Assembly (NCBI GenBank): GCA_041688815.1
Contig: JBDNHK010000023.1
Coordinates: 5,069-69,068 of the forward strand
Direction of reading: 5' to 3'
DNA length: 64,000 bases
DNA from: Acidimicrobiales bacterium
GTDB taxonomy: Bacteria; Actinomycetota; Acidimicrobiia; Acidimicrobiales; Acidimicrobilacustridaceae
Shown here: piece by piece, positions 47,827 through 57,020 of the stretch
How the letters are laid out: every line of letters begins with the position of its first letter
Position numbering within the stretch: the stretch's first letter is position 1
Notes under the pieces: generated by a model
What the model saw: the letters and a program-made list of their open reading frames with translations, nothing else
Told to the model about the DNA's origin: nothing
The model's database searches: none
Translations under genes and position numbers: made by a program

Positions 47827-49050
47827 TCAGGCCAGGCGCTCGACGATCATGGCCATGCCCTGACCGCCGCCGACGCACATCGACTCCATGCCGATGGTAC
47901 CGCCGGTGTCCTCGAGGCCGTTGAGCAGCGTGGCCATGATGCGGGCGCCGGTCATGCCGAACGGGTGGCCGAGGGCGATGGCGCCGCCGTTCACGTTGAG
48001 TTTGTCCCAGCTGATCCCGAGGTGCTTGGCCGACGGCACCACCTGCGCTGCGAAGGCCTCGTTGATCTCGACCAGGTCGATGTCGTCGATGGTCATGCCG
48101 GCGCGGGCCATGGCCTGGCGGCAGGCCTCGACGGGGCCGAGGCCCATGATCTCGGGGTCGAGGGCGCTCACGCCCGAAGAGATGACCCGGGCCAGGGGGG
48201 TGAGGCCGAGCTCGCGGGCGCGAGAGTCGCTCATCACGATCACCGCAGCGGCGCCGTCGTTGAGCGGGCAGGCATTGCCGGCGGTCACGGTGCCGTCGGG
48301 GCGGAAGACCGGCTTGAGCTCGGACAGCTTCTCGACGGTGGTCCCGGCCCGGATGCCGTCGTCGCGGGTGATGGTGACGGGGTTGCCGTCGGCGTCGACG
48401 GTGTCGATGGGCGTGATCTCTCGTTCGAAGAACCCCCGCTCGAGCGCGGCGGTGGCCCGCTGCTGGGAGAGGGCGGCGAACTGGTCCTGCTCGAGCCGGG
48501 TGACGTGCTCGAGCTGAGCCACGTTCTCGGCGGTCTGGCCCATGCCGAGGTAGTAGTCGGCGATGCCGTCGAACGGTGTCCATGTCGCCGCACCACCCGA
48601 GGCCCGCTCGGCGGTACGGGCCTCGGCGGGGGCCATCCTGGCGTTGTGCGTGCCGGGGAGGCCGTCGGACATGCCGGACATGAACTGGCTCACGGTTTCC
48701 ACCCCGGCGGCCATGAACACGTCGCCCTCGCCGGCCTTGATGGCGTGCGCGGCCATGCGGATCGACTGCAACGACGACGAGCAGTAGCGGTTGATCGTGA
48801 CGCCGGGGACGTGACCCATGCCGGCGAGCTCGGACACGACCCGGGCCATGTTGTAGCCCTGCATGCCGGCGGGCTGGGCACAGCCCAGGATGATGTCCTC
48901 GACGGTGCTGGCATCGAGCTCGGGCACCTTGTCGAGGGCGGCGCGGATGATGGTGGCGGCGAGGTCGTCGGGACGGACCTTGGTGAGCGAACCCTTGTTG
49001 GCCCGACCGATCGGGGTGCGGGCGGTCGAGACGATCACGGCTTCGGTCAT
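47827..49050 (-). CDS. Acetyl-CoA C-acyltransferase (thiolase)
   Basis: RTPIG, NRYCSSS, NEAFA, GGAIALGHP, CVGGGQG. Confidence 0.96.
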   Translation of the reverse strand: MTEAVIVSTARTPIGRANKGSLTKVRPDDLAATIIRAALDKVPELDASTVEDIILGCAQPAGMQGYNMARVVSELAGMGHVPGVTINRYCSSSLQSIRMAAHAIKAGEGDVFMAAGVETVSQFMSGMSDGLPGTHNARMAPAEARTAERASGGAATWTPFDGIADYYLGMGQTAENVAQLEHVTRLEQDQFAALSQQRATAALERGFFEREITPIDTVDADGNPVTITRDDGIRAGTTVEKLSELKPVFRPDGTVTAGNACPLNDGAAAVIVMSDSRARELGLTPLARVISSGVSALDPEIMGLGPVEACRQAMARAGMTIDDIDLVEINEAFAAQVVPSAKHLGISWDKLNVNGGAIALGHPFGMTGARIMATLLNGLEDTGGTIGMESMCVGGGQGMAMIVERLA

Positions 49051-49272
49051 CGGGGGCTCCTCGGGTCGGCGAGACGGTTGGCGGTGGGAGACCGCTGTCG
49101 TCATGGGTCGGTCAGCGCTCGGTGCTGCCGTTGGGCGAGGTTCCTGTCTAGCGCGACCTCAGCCCTACCGGTAACCGATCGGCAACTTGGGCCAGGGCGT
49201 CTCCTGGTGTCGCGCCGACGTTCCCATTGGGGTAGAACAATCATTCCGATTCTGACGGGGGAGACGACACCC

Positions 49273-50271
49273 ATGGTCATGTCCATCCTGCGCTTCGACA
49301 TGCGCGCTCCGGGTAAGACCCGAGCCGAGATCCAGGCCATGTACGGCGCTGGTCTCGACATGGCGGAGTTCGCCGACGCCAACGGCTTCGAGATCTGTGT
49401 GCTGTCCGAGCACCACGCCAGCCCCGACAACTACATGTCCTCGCCCCTGATCATGGCGGCGGGGATCGCCGGGCGGACCAAGAACATCATGATGAGCATC
49501 CAGGCCCTGCTCGTCCCCGAGCACGATCCGGTGCGACTGGCCGAGGACCTCGCCACGCTCGACCACATCTCGAAGGGTCGCATCACCTTCACCACCGGCC
49601 TCGGTTACCGGCCGATCGAGTACCACCTGCTCGGCAAGGAGTGGAAGCGCCGGGGCAAGCTCCTCGACGAGGCGCTCGACACGATGCTCAAGGCTTGGAG
49701 CGGCGAGCCGTTCGAGTTGCGGGGCGAGACGGTCCAGGTCACCCCGCCCCCGTTCACCGACCCGTACCCCATGTTCTTCGTCGGTGGTTCGGGTAAGGCC
49801 GCGGTCGAGCGGGCCGCCCGGTTCGGGCTCAGCGCCCAGCTCGCGGCCAACGATCCCTCGCTGGCCGAGCACTATGCCGCCGAGTGCGCGCGCCTCGGCA
49901 CCACTCCCGGGATGTGCCTGATGCCGGCCGAGAAGACCACGGGCTGTCTGTTCATCAGCGAGGACCCCGAGCGCACGTGGGCGGAGGTCGGGCCGTCGAT
50001 GTTGCACGACGCCGTCACCTACAAGTCGTGGCAGACGCCCGACATCCGCTCCGCCGTCAGTACCGACGCCGACACGGTCGAAGACCTCCGGAAGGGTCAC
50101 ATCTACAAGGTGCTCACCCCGGACGAGGCGGTCGCCTTCGCCGGGGAGCAGGGCCCGTTCGGGGGCATGGTGCTCATGCCCCTCGTCGGCGGCGCCGACA
50201 TCGCCCACGGCTGGGCCAGCCTCGAGCTGTACGTCGACAAGGTCCTCCCCCGCATCCGAGCGACGGCCTGA
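49273..50271 (+). CDS. LLM-class flavin-dependent monooxygenase
   Basis: SEHH, SSPL, DPVRLAEDLATLDHISKGR, GLGYR. Confidence 0.92.
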   Translation: MVMSILRFDMRAPGKTRAEIQAMYGAGLDMAEFADANGFEICVLSEHHASPDNYMSSPLIMAAGIAGRTKNIMMSIQALLVPEHDPVRLAEDLATLDHISKGRITFTTGLGYRPIEYHLLGKEWKRRGKLLDEALDTMLKAWSGEPFELRGETVQVTPPPFTDPYPMFFVGGSGKAAVERAARFGLSAQLAANDPSLAEHYAAECARLGTTPGMCLMPAEKTTGCLFISEDPERTWAEVGPSMLHDAVTYKSWQTPDIRSAVSTDADTVEDLRKGHIYKVLTPDEAVAFAGEQGPFGGMVLMPLVGGADIAHGWASLELYVDKVLPRIRATA

Positions 50272-50274
50272 TCG

Positions 50275-50892
50275 GTGGCGGTCGATCTCACCGCTCTCCT
50301 CGAGCCCACGACGACGGCCGTCATCACCTCCGAGTGCCAGAACGGGGTCCTCGGCCCCGCGTCGGCCTTGCCCGACCTTGCCGCGGCGGCCCGGGACAGC
50401 GTCCTGCCCAACGGGGGCCGCCTCGTGCACGCCGCCCGCACCGCCGGGGTGCAGGTGATCCACGCCGTGTTCTGGCGTCGGGCCGACAATCGTGCGGGCA
50501 ACACGAACGGCCGGATGTTCGTGGCCATGAACAAGGTCTCCCCGCCTATGCTCCCAGGGAGCGCCGCCGCCCTCCCCATCCCCGAGTTCGGCCTGTCGCC
50601 CGACGACCTGGTCATCGGCCGCTACCACGGGCTCGACCCGATCGGCGGCACGGACCTCGACCCGATCCTGCGCAACCTCGGGGTGCGCACCGTGGTGTTG
50701 GTCGGCGTGTCGTTGAACGTGGCGCTCATGGGCTTGGCCATCGGGGCGGTGAACGCCGGGTACCAGGTCGTCGTCCCGCGCGACGCCGTCGCCGGTGTGC
50801 CTGCGGCCTACGCCGAGACTCTGCTCGACAACAGCTATGCCCTGGTGAGTACCGTCGTCTCCGTCGACGATGTGGTGGCCGTCTGGCGCTGA
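50275..50892 (+). CDS. Isochorismatase/cysteine hydrolase fold protein, atypical active site
   Basis: TAVITSECQNG, VQVIH, LRNLGVRTVVLVGVS, AVNAGYQVVVPRDAVAG. Confidence 0.85.
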   Translation: MAVDLTALLEPTTTAVITSECQNGVLGPASALPDLAAAARDSVLPNGGRLVHAARTAGVQVIHAVFWRRADNRAGNTNGRMFVAMNKVSPPMLPGSAAALPIPEFGLSPDDLVIGRYHGLDPIGGTDLDPILRNLGVRTVVLVGVSLNVALMGLAIGAVNAGYQVVVPRDAVAGVPAAYAETLLDNSYALVSTVVSVDDVVAVWR

Positions 50893-50990
50893 CGGGTTCG
50901 GGTGGGCCGGTTCGGTACCCTCAGCCCGTGTCCGATGCCCCCGCCCTTCGCCCCGGCGCCGAAGCGCGGGCCGATTCGGCGCCTCGGGCC

Positions 50991-51605
50991 ATGGGACGCC
51001 GCGGGCAGCGCACGCGTCAGCGTCTCCTCGATGCCACGGCCGGTCTGCTGACCGCCGCCCCGTACCGCGAGGTGCGCGTGGTCGACATCGCTCGGGCTGC
51101 CGAGATGTCGCCCGCGGCCTTCTACCAGTACTTCGGCGACGTGGAGGAGGCCGTGCTGGTCCTGGCCGAGGAGATGGCCGATGGGTGCGGACCCGAGTTG
51201 GCCGCTCTCGTGCGGGACCGGTCCTGGGCCGACCCCCATGGCTGGGCCACCGCGCTCGGCGTGGCCGACGGCTTCCTCGACGTGTGGGACCGCCATCGCG
51301 CCGTGTTGCGGGTGGTCGATCTCGCCACCGACGAGGGCGATCGGCGATTCCGGGAACTGCGCACCCGCTTCCTGCAGGCGCCGTCGGAGGCGCTGGTCGA
51401 AGTCGTGTCGTTGTCGGCGCCGAGTTCAGCCCGGCCCGATGCCCGGGCCGAGGCGGGGGTGGCCATCTCGATGCTGGCCCACGTCGCCGCCCACCACGAA
51501 GGGCTCGAACAGTGGGGTGCTCCTCCGGCGGACCTGCGCCGGGCCATGGCCCGGGTGCTCTACACCACGGTGACCGGTCGAGTGCCGTCGCACGATCAGC
51601 CCTGA
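50991..51605 (+). CDS. TetR/AcrR-family regulator
   Basis: RQRLLDAT..LL, V.DIAR.A.MSPAAFYQYF HTH. Confidence 0.93.
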   Translation: MGRRGQRTRQRLLDATAGLLTAAPYREVRVVDIARAAEMSPAAFYQYFGDVEEAVLVLAEEMADGCGPELAALVRDRSWADPHGWATALGVADGFLDVWDRHRAVLRVVDLATDEGDRRFRELRTRFLQAPSEALVEVVSLSAPSSARPDARAEAGVAISMLAHVAAHHEGLEQWGAPPADLRRAMARVLYTTVTGRVPSHDQP

Positions 51606-51748
51606 GCCTCCTCGCCCTCGTCGTCGGTTCGGGCCCGGTCGGCGATCGAGCCGCGACGGAAGAGCCCCCACAGCGCGACTGCGGTCACCGCGGCCACGCC
51701 GACGGCCACGAGAGGCCACGGCACCGACGCCGCCACGATCAGATCCAT
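51596..51748 (-). CDS. 50-aa single-pass membrane microprotein (absent from ORF track)
   Basis: Hand-translated MDLIVAASVPWPLVAVGVAAVTAVALWGLFRRGSIADRARTDDEGEEAQG*. Confidence 0.55.
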   Translation of the reverse strand: MDLIVAASVPWPLVAVGVAAVTAVALWGLFRRGSIADRARTDDEGEEAQG

Positions 51749-51834
51749 GGCCCCAAGGTACCGAGACCGAGTCGCTGCTCGGGCGGTCAGGCCGTCGTGG
51801 TCGCCTCTGATCCGGGCTCTACGATCGGTGGCTC

Positions 51835-53088
51835 GTGACCACGACCCTCCCCGAGGACCCTGCGCTCCCGCTGCTCACCGAGCCGCCTGCGGACCTGCGG
51901 CCGGGCCCCTTCGCGATGCCGGGTCCGTGGTGGCGAGCAGCGTGGCGTTGGGTTCGGGCCACACCGCTGCTCCCGGGGCTCTGGTTCCCCCTCGCCGTGT
52001 GGGCGATGTGGCGGGTGGTCTCGCTCGGTGTCACCGTCTGGCTCGGTGGTAAGGGGGTCGAGTCGGCGTTCTCCTACGACGGTGCCCACTACCTGCGCAT
52101 CGTCCACCACGGCTACTGGGATCCGCGACCCGTCATGGGCTCTCAGGCCTTCTTCCCCGGGGTGGCCTGGTTGGCCACGCCGGTGTGGTGGTTGACCGGG
52201 TCCGACGCCATCACCGCCCACACCGTGGCCACGATCACCGGCCTCGGGGCGTTCGTCGCGGTGTGGGGAGCCACCAAGGAGTGGGTACACGAGAGGGCGG
52301 CCCGCTGCGCCGTCGTACTGATGGCGCTGTTCCCCTCGTCGTTGTTCCTCTGGATGTTCTACTCCGAGGCGCTGTTCATCGCCTTGGGGGCGGGAGCCGT
52401 GTGGGCCGACCGCCGGGGCCGGCACGGACTGGCGGCCGCGTGCCTGTTCGGATTGGCGACCACCCGCTCGGTGGGGATCCTCGTCCCGGCCGTGCTGGTG
52501 TTGGCCCGGGTGATGCGGGCGCACCGGATCGATCGCTGGGTCCTGGCCTACGCCGGCGCCGGGCTGGCTGGCCTGTCCTCGGTGCTGGTGATGATGCAGG
52601 TGCAACTCGGAGATCCATTGGCGTTCCTCGGGGTGCAGAAGGATTGGGGTCGGACGATCTCGTGGCCCTGGACCTCGGTGCTGCAGGGCATCGACAACCT
52701 CACCCCCGAGCGCGGCACGGTGATGGTGCCGGCGCTGGTGGCCCGGTCGTTCGACCTCTGGGCGGTGGGCATCGTGCTCGTCGGAGGGGTGTACCTGATG
52801 GTCGCCGGTCGGCTCGGCCGGGCCGGGCGATCGGCGGCGCACCGGTTCCCGATGGAGGCGTGGATGCTGGGCGTGGCCATGATCGCCTTGCCGCTGGCGT
52901 CGAGCGTGCTGGCCAGCTTCAACCGCTTCGCCCTCGCCGACTGGGTGATCTTCCCGGCCTACGCGGCGATGCTCGGTCGCCTCCCTCGGTGGGCCCGGGT
53001 CGTGGCGTGGCCGGTCATCGCCGGGGCCGGCGTGCTCACCGCCTATGCGTTGATCGGGCGGATCTCCGTGGGTCGCTTCGTGGGCTGA
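51835..53088 (+). CDS. GT-C fold mannosyltransferase (PIG-V-like), second copy
   Basis: YDGAHYL.I...GY, AFFPG, YSEALF, TRSVG, RF; multi-TM. Confidence 0.82.
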   Translation: MTTTLPEDPALPLLTEPPADLRPGPFAMPGPWWRAAWRWVRATPLLPGLWFPLAVWAMWRVVSLGVTVWLGGKGVESAFSYDGAHYLRIVHHGYWDPRPVMGSQAFFPGVAWLATPVWWLTGSDAITAHTVATITGLGAFVAVWGATKEWVHERAARCAVVLMALFPSSLFLWMFYSEALFIALGAGAVWADRRGRHGLAAACLFGLATTRSVGILVPAVLVLARVMRAHRIDRWVLAYAGAGLAGLSSVLVMMQVQLGDPLAFLGVQKDWGRTISWPWTSVLQGIDNLTPERGTVMVPALVARSFDLWAVGIVLVGGVYLMVAGRLGRAGRSAAHRFPMEAWMLGVAMIALPLASSVLASFNRFALADWVIFPAYAAMLGRLPRWARVVAWPVIAGAGVLTAYALIGRISVGRFVG

Positions 53089-53171
53089 GTCCGGGCGGGG
53101 CGTCGCCTTCGCACCGCGTCGTAGGCTCGAAAGTCCGTCGCCGCTGGCTCGTTCCCGGAGGATCACGTTTC

Positions 53172-54089
53172 ATGAGGTACTCGCTCGGACTGCCCATCCA
53201 CCAGGTCGATCCCGTCGAGGAGTGGTGCACGGCTGCAGCCATCTCGGCGATGGCCCGGGCCGCCGAGACGGCGGGTATGGAGGCGGTCAACGTGACCGAC
53301 CATCCCATCCCTGACGCCAAGTGGTTGGCTCGCGGCGGTCACCACACCCTCGATCCGTTCGTGGCCCTCACGGTGGCCGCCGCGGCCACCGAACGGGTTC
53401 GGCTCCAGACCAACCTGGTGATCCTGGCCTACCGGAACCCGTTCCTGTCGGCCAAGGCCGTCGCCACCCTCGACGCGGTGTCGGGCGGCCGGGTGATCGT
53501 GGGCACCGGCGCCGGCTACCTGCGCAGCGAGTTCGACGCGCTGGGCGTGGAGTTCGACGAGCGCAACGATCTGACCGACGAGGCCATCGACGCCATGACC
53601 CTGGCCTGGTCCGGGGAACCGTTCTCGTTCCAAGGCAACCATTTCACGGCCGAGAACAGCGTGGCCCTGCCGCGCCCCGTGCAGCGCCCTCGACCGCCCA
53701 TCTGGATTGGGGGCAACTCCAACCGGGCCATCCGCCGGGCCGTCGAGCGGGCCGACGGTTGGTTGCCGATGCCGAGCCCGGCCGGGGCCACGAAGCTCCT
53801 GCGCACCCCGCCTCTGGAGACGGTCGACGACCTGAGGTCGCGCATCGCCTACCTGCGGGCTCACTGCGAGAAGACCGGCCGTACCGAACCTGTCGACATC
53901 GTCTTCATGCCCATCGGGGTCGACATGTTCCGCGACACCCTCCCCGAGGCGGCACCGCTCATCGATCACGTGCACGAGCTGGCCGAGGCCGGGGTCACCG
54001 CGCTCAGCATCACGCTGCCGGCCCCCAGTCGCGCGGCCTGGCTCGAGGCGGTCGACTGGTTCGGCCGTGAGATCGCTCCGCACACGTGA
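53172..54089 (+). CDS. LLM-class, probably F420-dependent, oxidoreductase
   Basis: VTDHP, LDPFVAL, YRNP, AKAVATLD..SGGR, G.GAGY...EF, PRPVQRPRPPIWIGGNS. Confidence 0.9.
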   Translation: MRYSLGLPIHQVDPVEEWCTAAAISAMARAAETAGMEAVNVTDHPIPDAKWLARGGHHTLDPFVALTVAAAATERVRLQTNLVILAYRNPFLSAKAVATLDAVSGGRVIVGTGAGYLRSEFDALGVEFDERNDLTDEAIDAMTLAWSGEPFSFQGNHFTAENSVALPRPVQRPRPPIWIGGNSNRAIRRAVERADGWLPMPSPAGATKLLRTPPLETVDDLRSRIAYLRAHCEKTGRTEPVDIVFMPIGVDMFRDTLPEAAPLIDHVHELAEAGVTALSITLPAPSRAAWLEAVDWFGREIAPHT

Positions 54090-55102
54090 GCGTGACGCCG
54101 CTGGTGCTGCCCGGCCACGAAGGAGTGGCGGAGGCCGTCGACGTCCTTCGCACGGGGGGACTGGTGGCCTTCCCCACCGAGACGGTCTACGGGCTGGGTG
54201 CCGATGCCGAGCAACCCGACGCCGTGGCCCGCATCTTCGTCGCCAAAGGACGCCCGACGGACCATCCCCTCATCGTCCATCTCGGCGATGCCGACCGGCT
54301 CGACGCGTGGGCCGACGTCGTGCCCGCCGAGGCCCGTCTGCTGGCCGATGCGTTCTGGCCCGGGCCCCTGACGCTGTTGCTCTGGCGCAGTCCCAAGGTG
54401 TCTGACACCGTGACCGGTGGGCGTGACACCGTGGCGCTCAGGGTGCCCGATCATCCGGTGGCCCGGGCCCTGCTCGGGGCGTTCGGTGGGGGGATCGCCG
54501 CGCCCTCGGCCAACCGGTTCGGACGGGTCAGCCCGACCATAGCGAGCGACGTGGTGAGCGAACTCGGGGCGCTCGTCGACGTGGTGCTCGATGGCGGCCC
54601 GTGTCCGGTGGGCGTCGAGTCCACCATCGTCGATCTCACCGGTGACGAGCCTGTCGTGCTGCGTCCGGGTGGGGTCAGCGGTGAGCGCCTCGGTGAGGTC
54701 CTCGGGTTCGAGCCGGAACGGGCCGCCCTTGCTGGCCCTGGTGCGACAGCCACCCGGGCCCCGGGGATGCTGGCCTCTCATTACGCGCCGCAAGCCCGGG
54801 TGGAGCTGGTGCCCGAGGCTTCCGTTGGTGGGCGTCTGCGGGAGCTGGCTTCGGAGCCCGGGCATCCGGGCCGCATCGTCGGGCTCCTGGCCCCGCAGGC
54901 GCTGCCTGACGTGGCCGACGGCGTGGTGGTGCTCGAACCGGTGGGTCCGGCCGACGAGTACGCCCGACTCCTCTACGCCCGCCTGCGACAGGCCGACCGG
55001 CTGGGCGTGGACGTCCTGGTCTGCGTGCCGCCGCCCGCGGTCGGCATCGGTGTCGCCGTCGTCGACCGGCTCCAGCGAGCTGCCGCGGCCGGTAGACGTT
55101 GA
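54086..55102 (+). CDS. sua5: Threonylcarbamoyl-AMP synthase (Sua5 type)
   Basis: FPTETVYGLG, KGRP, WPGPLT, AAPSAN, STIVD; Sua5 linker APGMLASHYAP. Confidence 0.95.
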   Translation: MSVTPLVLPGHEGVAEAVDVLRTGGLVAFPTETVYGLGADAEQPDAVARIFVAKGRPTDHPLIVHLGDADRLDAWADVVPAEARLLADAFWPGPLTLLLWRSPKVSDTVTGGRDTVALRVPDHPVARALLGAFGGGIAAPSANRFGRVSPTIASDVVSELGALVDVVLDGGPCPVGVESTIVDLTGDEPVVLRPGGVSGERLGEVLGFEPERAALAGPGATATRAPGMLASHYAPQARVELVPEASVGGRLRELASEPGHPGRIVGLLAPQALPDVADGVVVLEPVGPADEYARLLYARLRQADRLGVDVLVCVPPPAVGIGVAVVDRLQRAAAAGRR

Positions 55103-55115
55103 ACGTCGAACGAGC

Positions 55116-56852
55116 TCAGCCCGTGACGGTCACGCTGCGGGTGTGCCAGCCGGTGGCCCCGTCGGGGTCGACCCGCCGGCGCTCGCCGGTCTGGGTCTCG
55201 CCGTTGGTGTCGGTGGCCCGAACCCGCAGCACGTGGGTGCCGGGCGTGGCCTCCCAGCCGTAGACCCATTGGCGCCACACGTCGTCGTCCCACCCCGGCC
55301 CGAGCTGGGCCTCGCGCCAGTCGCCGTCGTCGACCTGGACCTCGACCTTCACGATCCCCCGGGTCGGAGCCCACGCCACGCCGGCCACCGGCACCGTGCC
55401 GGCCGCGACCTTGGCGCCGGATCGAGGCACGTCGATGCGCGACTGGGTCTTGACCGGTGCCTCCTTGGCCCAGCCGCGGGGGATCCAGTAGGCGTCGAAG
55501 TCGTTCCAGCCGGTGAGCTCGACCGTCCTCAGCCACTTCGTGGCCGACACGTACCCGTAGATCCCGGCCACGATCAGTCGGGCCGGGAACCCGTGGTTCA
55601 GGGGCAGCGGCTCGCCGTTCATGCCCACCGCCACCATGGCGACCCGACCGTCGAGGGCGACTTCGGTCGGGAACCCGACGGTGAATCCGTCGACCGAGCG
55701 GCCCACCAGTTGAGCGCTACCGGTGGGCACCGCGCCCGGCTTCAGCCCCGCCCGCTCGAGGATCGTGGTGAGCGGCACCCCTTGCCAGACGGCGGTGCCG
55801 ACCAGGTCGCCGCCGACCTCGTTCGACACGCAGGCGATGGTGACGGGGGCCTCGACCATGGGAAGAGCGAGCAGGTCGTCGAACGTCAGGGTGTAGGGGT
55901 CGACGCCGTTGCCCTTGATCTCGAGTTGCCAGGTGGTGATGTCGACCTGGGGGACGACGAGGGCGGTGTCGATGCGGTAGAAGGCGTTGTTCGGCGTGAT
56001 GAGGGAACTGAGTCCGTCGACGGCGAGGCCCGCCGGCGGCGCCGAGGCGGGTGACGCCGCGCCGGCGATGCTGACCGGCGGCTGCGTGACGGGGGGCAGG
56101 GTGACGGGGGGCAGGGTGACGGGGGGCAGGGTGACGGTGGCGCGGGCCATCTCCGCGTTGGGGGAACCGGTGCGGGTGCGGCTGCCCACGGCCACCAGTC
56201 CGGCGAACGCGGCGGCGGCGCCGGTCCAGGCGAAGAAGGCCCGCCGGTCGCCGGCCGCCCGCCTGGGTACCTCGACGGCTGTGGCCTTGTTCGGCGTGAT
56301 GGGCTCGGCCGGGCCCGGCCCCACCATCGATTCGGCCTGGGGGTCGGCGGTGGCGTACCGCGAGACGTGGCTGGGTCCACGGTCGGTGGCTAACGGGAGC
56401 GGACCCCCGGAGGCCAACACGCCGAGCAGCAGGCGCAGTGTGGCCCAGCCGGCCAGCGCGGCGAGGATCGCGGCAAGGAACGCGGGGGCCCCGGACGAGG
56501 TCGGGTCGGCTGCCCCCGCCCACGCGCCGAGCACGGCGGCCCCACCGAAGGCGGCCGGGGCGACCCATGGCCGGCGGGCGGTGGCGGGACCCACGAAGGC
56601 GCCGAGAACGAGGCAGACCACCACGATGCTCGTGAGCAGCACGGCCTTGTCGTTGGTGCCGAAGGCCTCGATGGCGCTCTTCACGATGCCGCCCGACGCC
56701 CGGTCGATCACCTCGGTGCCGACCGAGGCGACCAACGACTGCGCCCCGCGGCTCAGACTCGTGACGAGTTCGGCGACGGCCAGCGCCACCCCGACCGAGA
56801 CGACGCCGGCGAGGCGTCGGAGCCAACGGGATTCGGTGGGTGGGGACGGCAT
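55116..56852 (-). CDS. Sulfite-oxidase-family molybdoenzyme with N-terminal membrane domain
   Basis: FYRIDTA, ACVSN Mo-ligand Cys, MNGEPLP..HGFPARL..G.YG..KW, YW..RGW, C-terminal Ig-like domain. Confidence 0.92.
   Translation of the reverse strand: MPSPPTESRWLRRLAGVVSVGVALAVAELVTSLSRGAQSLVASVGTEVIDRASGGIVKSAIEAFGTNDKAVLLTSIVVVCLVLGAFVGPATARRPWVAPAAFGGAAVLGAWAGAADPTSSGAPAFLAAILAALAGWATLRLLLGVLASGGPLPLATDRGPSHVSRYATADPQAESMVGPGPAEPITPNKATAVEVPRRAAGDRRAFFAWTGAAAAFAGLVAVGSRTRTGSPNAEMARATVTLPPVTLPPVTLPPVTQPPVSIAGAASPASAPPAGLAVDGLSSLITPNNAFYRIDTALVVPQVDITTWQLEIKGNGVDPYTLTFDDLLALPMVEAPVTIACVSNEVGGDLVGTAVWQGVPLTTILERAGLKPGAVPTGSAQLVGRSVDGFTVGFPTEVALDGRVAMVAVGMNGEPLPLNHGFPARLIVAGIYGYVSATKWLRTVELTGWNDFDAYWIPRGWAKEAPVKTQSRIDVPRSGAKVAAGTVPVAGVAWAPTRGIVKVEVQVDDGDWREAQLGPGWDDDVWRQWVYGWEATPGTHVLRVRATDTNGETQTGERRRVDPDGATGWHTRSVTVTG
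56086..56137. repeat. 15-bp tandem repeat (GTGACGGGGGGCAGG) x3.4 encoding VTLPP
   Basis: Three exact copies at 56086, 56101 and 56116 plus a partial copy. Confidence 0.95.
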
Positions 56853-56987
56853 GTGGCTCCGGGGTCGGTGGCGTTACCAAAGGGTAGGGACGAACGATCG
56901 CTGATGGGTGCCGGGAGCCGAAGGTGTTCGCGTCTGTTTTTTTCTCGGGTGGCCCTCGGGGATCGCTGGGACCTTCGGCTCCCGATC

Positions 56988-57011
56988 AGCCTACCGACCG
57001 GTCGGTAGGCT
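56988..57011. promoter_or_regulatory. 24-bp perfect palindrome, candidate TetR-type operator
   Basis: AGCCTACCGACC|GGTCGGTAGGCT in the divergent intergenic region just upstream of the desaturase. Confidence 0.7.
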
Positions 57012-57020
57012 AGGTTTGGG

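Noticed and set aside
39239-56852. Moco genes and the sulfite-oxidase-like gene as a novel linked system
   Set aside because: galU-moeA-moaC-glpR-tRNA-Ala is ordinary actinobacterial synteny, and the enzyme family is common.
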